A DNA stretch of 64,000 nt, from IMG/VR virus record IMGVR_UViG_3300000101_000005. One strand, 5' to 3'. A program made the position numbers and the translations under genes. Below the pieces are notes generated by a model. That model did no database searches. It was not told where the DNA came from and saw only the letters and a program-made list of their open reading frames with translations. Of the stretch, positions 12,101 to 18,636 are shown piece after piece (position 1 is the stretch's first letter; every line of letters starts with the position of its first letter). The stretch is from a virus. Lineage: Duplodnaviria > Caudoviricetes.

Positions 12101-13918
12101 GTTACTAACAGTACTATTGAATTTTCAAGTGTACCAGCACAAAACTCTAAAATTGAAATAGTTTCAATTGGAATAGGTGGTGTATCAATACTTGATTACC
12201 AAGAATTTATTGCAGACGGTGATACTACATTATTCTTAACCAATGCAAATTACGCTGACACTTCAAATATATTTGTATCAGTTAACGGTGTTCAGTCTGA
12301 CACTGGCTTTATATCTAGCACAGACTTATTGCCTGACACACCAAATAGAACATTGGTACAATTTGGTATAAAACCTGATAGACTAGCAGTAATTAGAATA
12401 GTTGCATTTAGTGCAGCAACAGATGTTGATAGTTCATTACAATCTCTAATTAGAGTTAACCAACAAGAGTTTACATATGACGGTAGCACTAAGAGCTATG
12501 ACTTAGATACATTTGTACAATTAAGTAGAGATAGTGCATTAGCATCAACTATTGTTGAAGTAAACAATAAAAAACTAAAAAGTGTTGATACTGTTTACAA
12601 TATCTACGATGGTGTAACTAAAAAGTTTGTAATAGGAGTTGATCCTATTGTATCATCAGGTTCTATTGTTCCTAACAATATTAAAGTTTTTATTAATAAC
12701 GAATTAAAAACATTCATTACAGATTACGTTTATAATGGTACAACAAAAGAGCTTGAGGTTACTGCGGAAAATTTGACGGTCGGTGATGTTATTAAGATTG
12801 AAAATAACCTAGGAGCAGAATACTCTGTAATTGGTAACAACATTGTTATTAACGATTCAACAGCACTAACATTAGGAGATACTATTGATGTTACTTGGTT
12901 TAGTGAATATCCGTCCATGGATATTGTTAGCGATCTATATACAGGTGGTAAAGCATTTTATCCTATAGCATTTAAACCATTGGGTGTAAGTTACACTTGG
13001 GTTTATAGAAACAAAAATAAACTAATACAAGACGTTGATTATAGACTAGATGTTGAAAGAGGTGTTATATATATTGAAGGATCTAATAAAGAAACAGATG
13101 TTTTTGAAATTATAGCGTTTGGTTCTAATGTATTTGCACTACCAAGTGCTTATCAACTTAGCAAAGACATGTTAAACATTAATAGATACTCTAGATATGC
13201 TATCACTGATAGTTTAGTATTAGCAAAAGAATTAACTTACTATGACGAAACTATTACACTTAAAGACGCTTCTTCACTGTTTGATCCTGTTGCAAGTAAC
13301 AATGTACCAGGCATTATTGAAATCGACGGTGAGAAAATTGAATACATAACCAAAAGTGGTAATGTACTAAGCAACTTGAGAAGAGGTACACAAGGTACAG
13401 CAATTAAGACTTTAAGCTCAGTAGGAGAATATGTGGTTGATATAAGTACGGATCAAACTATTCCGTACAAAGATACACATTCAAGAACAGATTTTGTTAG
13501 TGATGGAAGTAGCCAGTTAATTGGTCCTCTTCCTTTTACTCCTAAGCTAAGTACTGTTACAGATTGGTATCAAGGTACTATTCCAGCAATTTATGGAAGA
13601 TGTGACTCGATTGAAGTATTTGTTGGAGGTAAGCGATTACGCAAAACATACATAGATCAGTATAACGAAACTATAGGTTCAACTAGCCCGGCGGGCGATG
13701 AGAAGGTTGAAGCTGAATTTAGTGTTGACGGATCGTCAGCATATATTAGACTAACAAATGTGCCTGCGGCAGGTACACGAATTAGTATTATAAAACAACA
13801 AGGACAAGTATGGTACGATAGAGGCCAAAATACTGCTACATCAGGCGTTACACTGCTTAAAAACAGTACTCCAATTAGTCAGTTCATTGCTGCCAATACA
13901 TCGAAGTTACCTGAATAA
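137..13918 (+). CDS. Giant (4593 aa) virion structural protein, probably baseplate wedge/tail-associated; multi-domain
   Basis: Uninterrupted 13.8-kb ORF. It has FG-GAP-like beta-propeller blades (FGQKIAVS, FGTSIAMNYDGTILAVGAP, FGYAIGLDYSGNTLVVTSP, FGQDISIS, FGFSLYAT) and about six CBM5/12-like aromatic modules (e.g. WTPYYDYKLGDIVSYRAYKY, WRPNYEYAQGDTVKYQG). It also has ITxxGxGYTxxPxV-type repeats seen in T4-like structural proteins and C-terminal beta-sandwich repeats. It lies between a wedge-like gene and fibre genes. Confidence 0.7.
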   Translation: MADNKKFPNSEIPIRKSKDLLPTVFQTPANDKFLSGVLDPLVQPGVVDKTVGYIGKRYGKTFTGNDVYLDTDQTLRSRYQLEPAVTVEENREIKKFKDYIDLKSMIEFFGNANERDDKTTEQEHYSWNPPIVWDKFVNYREYYWIPGGTPSIDVYGQAANIQSTYKVGTGINSWLVTPDSVTNNPDIILYRGQEYKFEINSPEEGFYIRNNYDTGSLEFNTNKAYFPGELAVFNKQLWKCVNETSPLDGSSITIDSQDWKLVSNDAGFASLLYRDGVEGNGTKVGTVTFKVPQNSPDILYYQSDVSPNRLGRFIISDIDSNTFINVDKEIVGKKDYTTADGLEFTNGLVVEFRGQVQPSKYAEGQWLIEGVGNEITLIRFADLVPPPLDTDSPDILFDNQGFDTQPFDDASQYPGNKDYITISRNSKDSNPWSRYNRWFHRTVLESAFKLRNQDFDSLESARAKRPIIEFLPDIQLYNHGGIAKQTVDYVDTFTDDVFSKVEGSQGYNIDGEFLFEGARVLVIADTDSLANNRIYEVKFVKHNNTTQINLKETADTLSAFNEGVLVRRGTVNSGKMYHYDGTTWKLSQEKIATNQAPKFELYDSTGVAFSNETTYPVSSFVGSNLLGYKVGSGVVDTELGFALTYANINNVGDIVFDWSFETEKFTYTLLQKQYSKNTNTGFYKINGVYANGWIATDKTYIQPIIDQYTFNTSDSIGIFNTVEWETLPSNALINFYLNGEYISNTYTRSANQFTFDRTFSINDVLTVKVVAAVKPDQGYYQIPAGLEKNPLNEQLKTFTLGQATDHLKSSLEFDRRVIGSVPGVSNLRDVDGYQKHSTRFMKHSGFAAVSTLLVNDKDVNIVKSLRYAKSAYTIFKQNIIKKAIEVEFNENTSDFLDNIIENITKTKTIESPFADSDMIGAGAFTKTDYVVDDPGIKNFTLNENFDLTTLSRKAAYVYLNDVQLIVGKDYEVNGALGFITIKGTLVPGDRLEIREYVSTAFSHVPPTPSSLGLYPKYEPTKYLDDTYRVPKDIIQGHDGSKTTAYGDYRDDLLLEFEKRVFNNIKQEYDPAIFDVQKALGGYYGNSTFTKEELDNVINQEFLSWVQNTNLGYTTNDYFVDTEPFTYTYSNMTDPTGKENLPGYWRGVYKYFYDTDRPHTHPWEMLGFSIKPSWFDTEYGVAPYTNGNLVLWEDIAQGKIAQGTRAGIYPRYARTTILNHIPCDCDGKLVDPLTSGLAGNFQLVNNRGPFKLGDDSPVENAWKTSSEYPFAITTALALLKPFDYLVLNFDRSVTKRNIINQLVNVTSDTFLKPTDLKFPVAGTTQVAGLAMYIASYIKSKGASVAEAQKNIDNINVRLSSRVSGFVDKQQQKYLLDSKNPSSASASVFIPPENYDIIFNVSSPISSVTYSGIIFEKTTQGWVVNGYDDINPYFNTFETFPQQKDPVISVAGTSEPFATWEQEKRFNNGGIIQYRGTFYRATATFTSGETFDKSNLVQLPDLPVANAVTAQQRRNFNSFKVKKVSYGTEFNKVQDVVDFLLGYQAHLKSLGFDFANYDGTNQVVQDFVTASKEFMYWTVHNWAVGSVLSVSPGASNMDVKLAVGVADNLLDSFYDYSVLKADGSAIDPKFINVSRSFQNISISTTNTTEGIYLLKLNYVLKEHVVVFDDKTVFNDTIFDKATGYRQERIKAQGFRTTDWDGDYTSPGFLFDNVSFDTWTPYYDYKLGDIVSYRAYKYTAKGNHTSEEEFNDNNWTQLDSTPEKQLVPNFDYRINQIEDYFDVASEGLGKSQRDLARHTVGYQSRTYLENLSEDPTTQFKLYQGFIREKGTPNAITKLFTKLGDNTSTAAVDLNEEWGFRLGRIGGVDQSERLEIRLDTDKFKLNPQPVLVEASAQDKVDRYYRVDSTNFEFGPTPFTTAINPVSYDSTPVLTAGYVAVGQTDATVTNRDEILNLAITTISDNDHIWVTFDGPSWTVLRANTVYDLKITNVQSNDNNEVIFTFEKAHLLAVDDIFGIKTIAGLNQFWKVKAVTTNTVTVQHTLKYDADQGFEPSTGAYPMLLTEARFSTYDNVDVEKLALLTDGSKLFVDSNVNSRWEVVEKKKQFTGKKIIDFGIIDPTSVGKKTVYSDTLKQVIVGIPDVARVGVYIQGATGLSSKQLLEPPTWLTTDVTGSFGLELALSPDSNWLMVGAHTASGIPNRYKGPFDVNANYLVNDIVLYSGRLYKAQDNINGDGSTIDVYSNEWVEVQKIKAEQDGSNAGDFETGVIFIYQYQAQQWNLFDIQVSPRTTQNERFGQKIAVSQASSTGPYYMSVSAPGSQDAKGRVYLYTYDTTDGWHLDYNKNYKGIYAADDSTFYPKDSIVFSNGDMWKALVDNVADGSSLTTGSNDWVLMDEVTTGASLPISIATNDDGSTLDAGLLDDQQLTELIKEDDRFGTSIAMNYDGTILAVGAPNSDSQYFSNYKGHWRPNYEYAQGDTVKYQGGYHQLQNLGPSAVGADSTIRSYNEAPDAGEPWVNVGDSTSVASGKVYIYKKNTAGVYRLLQQINADALPYLSDLDPSEVISSGDKFGYAIGLDYSGNTLVVTSPLADKNFQNQGSAYVFKYDTDSTEFAYRLKQKLTSYSDYPNEMFGQDISISSGTEIIAIGATNSPYVLQTRFDASQTLYDSNRTTFRDYDGFAGAVYVFEKKGTNEKFFLSEKIDEALSLNESFGFSLYATRNAIVVGSPNFISPASSGVDILFTGAKTGTVRLFEKTEGQNSLNIIGSQPQTVDIDKFKRISLYDTEDDTKLLDLEIFDPAKMKLLAEAERELSYKVPYDPAIYSNGTAEGAVVDDSICWKTRNVGKLWWDISTAKWYDYEQGLVSYRVGAWGALAPGASIDIYEWVESKLLPSEWATIADTNEGLPLGISGQPLYADDSAYSIKAEFNPNTGLQTEVYYYYWVKNKVTVPEGIADRSISAGDVFNLINDPSALGQTYAAFIDKDKFLLFNYKSTVADSSAVLNIEYFTQQENQNQIHQEYQLLTEGVADSLPTTSLENKWIDSLIGYDVQGNRIPDTNLPAKQRYGISYRPRQSMFVDRKTLLKTLITNVNAIMHKEPFADSLDFTTLNSVDTKPSSLLNLYDTTVDTYTELLEVGTSRTKQCSLRANIIDNEINSIDILSAGFGYKIPPTIEFEGDGTGAEAVTTIDNQGRVNSVTITNSGKLYTYVATKPRQFSVLVESDSTAENFWSIYAWDDTRQSWYRSRSQAYNTPSYWSYADWWDNDFGPTSRIISEIISVYEEPTINVEIGDLIRIKEYGSGGWAVFKKTANVSNGAMNNYDLIGRELGTIQFSTTLYDTALSGVGFDNVDSYDIDFYDKEVSNELRFILQALKEDILIGNYAVEWNNLFFTSIRYVFKEQTYVDWAFKTSFLNATHNVGTLKQKTNYRNDSLESYLEYINEVKPYSTTVREYISKYNNLDTANSAVADFDLPPYYSEEKGKIVPVEGADNILSTYPYKFWNDNKGYQITEISVASKGADYTVAPKVSITGGNGTGAKATAYVSNGKVTGITLTEHGTGYTSTPTVSLIGGNGTSPSLARAVAVLGNGKTRSMSVNMKFDRISKTGIYSNFTQTESFTATGSTAVFNLTYPPTRDKAKISIINNGQVVLNNEYTISLFTLETDVYKQLRGKITFVIPPAQNDIVTITYEKNDEILDSVSRITKYYNPSSGMVGKELDQLMTGIDFGGVQVQGTTFDVTGGWDALPWFTDSWDSVEAAADYYYVADGSTIGVTLPYIPTDGQVINVYLKRAGIVVPDDILNLQTEEGVDAPPTLRIDDPNYTDAWDSSIATNPHAQMPTFIGDGSTKVVEVGAYVSTNPGDILIFRPAESDGAVTINDNNLLDTKLSGGTLSAMGGAYATATGTRAEDISIDGGEYTSPDQVPATEENVPGQVLDSLSIKVFHSNQNATGAPIKSNVRIGDGSTLTYPIGQKIIENKSVIVYVDGLKVEPATYTVSVTNSTIEFSSVPAQNSKIEIVSIGIGGVSILDYQEFIADGDTTLFLTNANYADTSNIFVSVNGVQSDTGFISSTDLLPDTPNRTLVQFGIKPDRLAVIRIVAFSAATDVDSSLQSLIRVNQQEFTYDGSTKSYDLDTFVQLSRDSALASTIVEVNNKKLKSVDTVYNIYDGVTKKFVIGVDPIVSSGSIVPNNIKVFINNELKTFITDYVYNGTTKELEVTAENLTVGDVIKIENNLGAEYSVIGNNIVINDSTALTLGDTIDVTWFSEYPSMDIVSDLYTGGKAFYPIAFKPLGVSYTWVYRNKNKLIQDVDYRLDVERGVIYIEGSNKETDVFEIIAFGSNVFALPSAYQLSKDMLNINRYSRYAITDSLVLAKELTYYDETITLKDASSLFDPVASNNVPGIIEIDGEKIEYITKSGNVLSNLRRGTQGTAIKTLSSVGEYVVDISTDQTIPYKDTHSRTDFVSDGSSQLIGPLPFTPKLSTVTDWYQGTIPAIYGRCDSIEVFVGGKRLRKTYIDQYNETIGSTSPAGDEKVEAEFSVDGSSAYIRLTNVPAAGTRISIIKQQGQVWYDRGQNTATSGVTLLKNSTPISQFIAANTSKLPE

Positions 13919-13921
13919 ATA
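13915..13921 (+). promoter_or_regulatory. T4-like late promoter motif ATAAATA
   Basis: ATAAATA at the giant gene's stop, just upstream of the next ORF. The same motif recurs in five or six other intergenic gaps. It resembles the T4 gp55-dependent TATAAATA. Confidence 0.55.
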
Positions 13922-13925
13922 CACT

Positions 13926-14588
13926 ATGAAACTGGAAGATAAAAATATGTCAAACAAAGAAAACAAAACGCCAAAAGCACCTGGATTGAATGAAACCGGC
14001 GGGTTCCATTTTGAAGGGCATATTAAGATTTTTGATCCTGAAACTGGCGAAGTTTTTCAGGATAAACGTAATGCAATACACTATGAAAACATGAGTGTTG
14101 CAATAGTTAACAGTCTTTCAAATCAAGGGGAAGGTACAGTTTACCAAATGGCGTTTGGTAGCGGTGGTACTACAGTTGACCCTACAGGATTAATTACATA
14201 CTTAACACCTAACACAGTTGGTTCAAACTCCAGTTTATATAACCAAACATATGTTAAAGTTATTGATCAAAGCTCTATTGCAAACGCTGATCCAGTACGT
14301 AACAAAATGGAAGTTAGACACGTTAGTGGTGCAACCTACAGTGACATTGTAATTACATGTACACTTGATTATGGTGAGCCAGACGATCAACAAGCATTTG
14401 ATAATAGTGTTAACATGGACAGTAACTTTGTTTTTGACGAGCTTGGGCTTAAATGGTATAATGCTACAGGCACAGGCAAACTTTTAACACACGTGGTTTT
14501 CCACCCTGTACAAAAGTCTTTGAACAGACTCTTACAAGTTGATTATACAATCAGAGTACAGAGTTTAACAGGCTTTACGGAGGTTTAA
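13926..14588 (+). CDS. Baseplate/tail-fibre attachment structural protein
   Basis: The C-terminal FDELGL...LLTHVVFHPVQKSLNRLLQVDYTIRV resembles phage tail-collar/baseplate fibre-anchoring domains. The start is ATG 13926 or ATG 13947; the track start at 13887 overlaps the previous gene. Confidence 0.55.
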   Translation: MKLEDKNMSNKENKTPKAPGLNETGGFHFEGHIKIFDPETGEVFQDKRNAIHYENMSVAIVNSLSNQGEGTVYQMAFGSGGTTVDPTGLITYLTPNTVGSNSSLYNQTYVKVIDQSSIANADPVRNKMEVRHVSGATYSDIVITCTLDYGEPDDQQAFDNSVNMDSNFVFDELGLKWYNATGTGKLLTHVVFHPVQKSLNRLLQVDYTIRVQSLTGFTEV

Positions 14589-14591
14589 TAA

Positions 14592-16733
14592 ATGCCATAT
14601 ATTGTAAATTTTACAGATAGCGAAAATAAAACTCCAATCACAGTGTTTGATAATACATCAAGCCAAGATACAAGTTTAACATTTCCAGGACGTAACGTTA
14701 CTGGATACGGACAAATTATTGCTGAAAACTTTTTATCTGTATTAGAAAACTTTGCAAGTGCAAATGCACCTGTAAATCCAGTTGAAGGACAACTTTGGTA
14801 TGACACACAAAATGGTGTGTTACAGTTGTTTGACAACACAGCATGGAAAGCAGCATCAAACATTCAAAAGAGTGTTACAGAGCCTAGTGTTGAAAATTCT
14901 AAAGTTGGTGAACTTTGGGTTGATACTACAAACCAACAGTTAAGAATTTACACAGGTACAAGATGGTTACTAGTTGGACCAGCAGAAAGTTCAATTGACG
15001 GATTACGTTATGGACCAGCAGTAGAAAACATTGCTGACTCAGACAACCAAACAAAAAGTATTTTAATTTTATATATTGCAGACCAACCGGTTGGAATTGT
15101 TTCTAAAGATTCATTTACACCTAAAGTTAATATCAAAGGCTTTGCAACAATCAAAGCAGGACTTAATGTTGCAACACCAGCAAACGATACTGAAAAAACA
15201 GAATTTGCTTCTATATTCTTAGGAGGCGAACTACCTAAACTTATTGGTACTGCTAAAAATGCAGATGCACTTAACGTTGGCGGAGTTGAAGTATCAGCAG
15301 GTAAGTTTTTAAGAAGTGATATTCTTAACACAACTGATCAAGGTATTAATGTAAGAAACAACGCAGGTTTAACAATTGGTGTTGACGGAAACTTCCAAGT
15401 AACAACATCATCTACCGCTGCAAAACTTTACAATTCATCAGCAGGTAGTTCAGTAGATTTACAAGTTAACAGAAATGGTATTCCAACTACAGTACTTAGA
15501 GTACTTGATAATAAAGTTGGTATTAACATTGCAGCACCAGATGAAGCACTTGATGTTGACGGTAACATTGGTTTAACTGGCGCACTAAAGATTTCAAGTA
15601 CAGCTGAAACAACTAACTTATCAACAGGTAGTATTGTTACAACAGGTGGCGCAGCAATTACTAAAAATTTATTAATTGGCGGCTCAGCAAATATTACTGG
15701 AACTATTACATCATCAACTGCAAAACCTCAAACAAATGATACATATGATTTAGGTGAGGCAACAACACGTTGGAAAACAGTTTATGCTAAATCAATTCAA
15801 GCAGATGAAATTGTTGGTACAATTAACGGTAACATTACAGGTAATGCAAACACTGCAACTAACTTAAAAACTGTTACAAGTTTTGCACTAACAGGCGATG
15901 TTGTTTCACCAGCAATACAGTTTGACGGACAGGTAGGTAGTGCAACTAAGACATTTGCTACTACATTGACTGCTAACATTGTTAAAAGTAGATCAGAACC
16001 TGCACCAAACCAATCAGACAAAAACGATTTTGTACTAGTATATAGAGCTTCAGCTGAAGCAGGCGGAGCAACAGGACTTCTTAAAGAAACACGTGATACA
16101 TTTGTAGGTGACTTAGGAATTCCACTAGGCGGTATTATGCCATATGCAGGTACAAATCCTCCAACAGGATTTTTATTTTGTGATGGTGGTGAAGTTGAAA
16201 GATCTAAGTTTCCAGAGTTGTTTGATATTATAGGAACAACATATAACGGTTCAGCAGCACTTAACGGAACAGGAACATTTAGAATACCAGATTTACGTGG
16301 TAGATTTGCATTAGGCAGACACAACATGGATAACAACATTAATGTACCAAACTCAGTTGGTGGATTTGTTGATAATGGCGGCGGCGAACCAAGCCCAGCA
16401 AGAGTTGAAGGTACAGAAGCTCAAACACTTGCAGGAGCAGCAGGCGCAAGTGCGGTAGCGTTAACATTAGGTAACCTACCAGATCACGAACACGATATGA
16501 CAGCAAATGGAATTCAATATTCTGCTGTTAGAGTTGATAGTGCTATTAACAGTCCAGGTACAACAGGTTTAGGACCTACAGCACCAGGACAAGCACAGTA
16601 CTTACAACAGTCAGGCGGTATTAAGAAACCAAGTACAGACTTTACGTTAGGGTCATTAGTTGGTATTATGAATCCTTTCTTGACAATTAACTATATTATA
16701 CGTTCGGGTCCACCAGCGTTTACAACAACGTAG
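14592..16733 (+). CDS. Tail fibre/baseplate protein with phage tail collar domain
   Basis: Clear collar motif GGIMPYAGTNPPTGFLFCDG...FPELFDIIGTTY...FRIPDLRGRF, and a C-terminal MNPFLTINYIIR. It shares the N-terminal GxNxxGxGxxxxENFxxxLENFA module with three downstream paralogs. Confidence 0.8.
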   Translation: MPYIVNFTDSENKTPITVFDNTSSQDTSLTFPGRNVTGYGQIIAENFLSVLENFASANAPVNPVEGQLWYDTQNGVLQLFDNTAWKAASNIQKSVTEPSVENSKVGELWVDTTNQQLRIYTGTRWLLVGPAESSIDGLRYGPAVENIADSDNQTKSILILYIADQPVGIVSKDSFTPKVNIKGFATIKAGLNVATPANDTEKTEFASIFLGGELPKLIGTAKNADALNVGGVEVSAGKFLRSDILNTTDQGINVRNNAGLTIGVDGNFQVTTSSTAAKLYNSSAGSSVDLQVNRNGIPTTVLRVLDNKVGINIAAPDEALDVDGNIGLTGALKISSTAETTNLSTGSIVTTGGAAITKNLLIGGSANITGTITSSTAKPQTNDTYDLGEATTRWKTVYAKSIQADEIVGTINGNITGNANTATNLKTVTSFALTGDVVSPAIQFDGQVGSATKTFATTLTANIVKSRSEPAPNQSDKNDFVLVYRASAEAGGATGLLKETRDTFVGDLGIPLGGIMPYAGTNPPTGFLFCDGGEVERSKFPELFDIIGTTYNGSAALNGTGTFRIPDLRGRFALGRHNMDNNINVPNSVGGFVDNGGGEPSPARVEGTEAQTLAGAAGASAVALTLGNLPDHEHDMTANGIQYSAVRVDSAINSPGTTGLGPTAPGQAQYLQQSGGIKKPSTDFTLGSLVGIMNPFLTINYIIRSGPPAFTTT

Positions 16734-16746
16734 GATGAGATATTAA

Positions 16747-18615
16747 ATGGCATATCAAATTAATAAAACAGATGGTACAATAGTTTCAACAGTAGCCGAT
16801 GGTCAAATTGATAATATCTCTACTGACATTACACTAATTGGTAAAAACTATAGCGGATTTGGTGAAGTACTTAATGAAAACTTTATTAAGATACTTGAAA
16901 ATTTTGCAAATGTAACGGCACCAACTGCTCCAATTAAAGGGCAGATTTGGTTTGACAGCACAGAATCAAAACTTAAAGTTTACAGCGGAACAGCGTTTGT
17001 TCCTGTGAGTTCTGCAACAATTGCTAACTCACAACCAACAACACTTGGTGTTGGTGATCTTTGGTTTAATGACACTGCTAAACAGTTATACTTCTTTGAT
17101 GGTACTAGCACTATATTGTTAGGCCCTGCATATTCAGATGCACAAGGAACTAGTGGACTTATTGTAACAAGCGTACTTGATACACTAAACCAAACTCGTG
17201 TTATTACATCATTATTTAACAACGGTATTTTGTTAGGTATATTTGCTAAAGATACATTTACACCTAAAAATGCTATTCCAGGATTTAGTGGAGACATTGG
17301 TCCAGGATTTAATCAAGGTACATTGTCAGGCATTAAGTTTGACGTAACTTGTACAAATTCAGAGAAACTAGCAAATGTTGATTCTACAAACTATGTTAGA
17401 AAAGATACTGCTAACTCATTAACTAATACACTTAGAATTGAAAGTGATCTAGGACTTGCTATTGGTTCTGCTTCGCAGGCTAACTTGTCAGTTGATAATG
17501 GTAACGTTAAGTTATCAAATGCTGCTGACAATAAACTTTTAATTTTAGATGTTAGAAAAGGTATTTCACAGGAAATTGCAGTTAAGGTTACTCCTGCTAC
17601 AAGACAAATTGATTTATATGAAGGTGCAACAGACAGTTTAGTTAAAACTGGTGGTAGCATGGAACTAGCAGGCGACCTTACTATTAGAGGTAACCTTATT
17701 ATTAATGATGGCGATCTTGCTACAATTAAACAAACAGAATTAGTTGTTGAGGACAAATATATTGTTCTTGCTCAAACAGGTGATAGTGGTTCTAACTCAG
17801 ACGAAATTGCAGATGGCGGTGGACTTGTAATTAAAGGTACTACTGATAAAGCAATTTTATATAGTAAAGATGGGTTAGGTGCAACAGCAGAGTATCCTGC
17901 ACTTGCTTCACAAGCATTTACGAGTTCAGAACACGTTAACCTAGCAACAGGTAAAGAATTTAAGATTAACGGTATAACAGTATTAAGCGGAACATCTTTA
18001 GGTACAGGTATTACTAGTATTCCAGGTGTTACAGCCTTTGGTGCTCAGAACGTTGTTAATATTGGACCTGGCTTACCTCCAGTAGCACAATTAAGAATTG
18101 AGAATCAGAAAATTTCAACTCTTGCTAATAACGATGATATACAATTAGAAGCACACGGCACAGGTAATATTGCTCTAATAGGAACACCAAAAATTACAGG
18201 ACTAGCTGATCCTACAACTGCACAAGATGCTGCAACAAAAGAATATGTTGACGATATTGCACAAACAAGATCATTAGCATTTAGCATGGACTTATCAGAT
18301 GGTAAGCCAAACAGTTACATTGCATCAGAAATTTTAGCCAAGTTGGCTCCGCCAGCTGAATATAGATCAGGTACTTTTGCAAGAATACTTGTAACATTGT
18401 TAAGTAACTCAACAATTAACTTTAACTTAGCACCTGAAATTAGCATAACAACGAATACATTTAATACACCGTCAGGAACAGCACCAGCTGTTACAGCAGT
18501 AAACGGAACAATTGCATCTATACCAGCAGCTGGTATTACAACATCTAGAATTATTAAAGTATTCCAGTTGTTGTCAGGTAATTGGACACACGTTTCAGAT
18601 GAGGTATTACCATAA
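16747..18615 (+). CDS. Tail fibre/baseplate structural protein (paralog family)
   Basis: N-terminus MAYQINKTDGT...GKNYSGFGEVLNENFIKILENFAN...PIKGQIWFD, plus a KITGLADPTTAQDAATKEYVD fibre motif. Confidence 0.7.
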   Translation: MAYQINKTDGTIVSTVADGQIDNISTDITLIGKNYSGFGEVLNENFIKILENFANVTAPTAPIKGQIWFDSTESKLKVYSGTAFVPVSSATIANSQPTTLGVGDLWFNDTAKQLYFFDGTSTILLGPAYSDAQGTSGLIVTSVLDTLNQTRVITSLFNNGILLGIFAKDTFTPKNAIPGFSGDIGPGFNQGTLSGIKFDVTCTNSEKLANVDSTNYVRKDTANSLTNTLRIESDLGLAIGSASQANLSVDNGNVKLSNAADNKLLILDVRKGISQEIAVKVTPATRQIDLYEGATDSLVKTGGSMELAGDLTIRGNLIINDGDLATIKQTELVVEDKYIVLAQTGDSGSNSDEIADGGGLVIKGTTDKAILYSKDGLGATAEYPALASQAFTSSEHVNLATGKEFKINGITVLSGTSLGTGITSIPGVTAFGAQNVVNIGPGLPPVAQLRIENQKISTLANNDDIQLEAHGTGNIALIGTPKITGLADPTTAQDAATKEYVDDIAQTRSLAFSMDLSDGKPNSYIASEILAKLAPPAEYRSGTFARILVTLLSNSTINFNLAPEISITTNTFNTPSGTAPAVTAVNGTIASIPAAGITTSRIIKVFQLLSGNWTHVSDEVLP

Positions 18616-18636
18616 GATGAAAATAGGAGCGTATAA

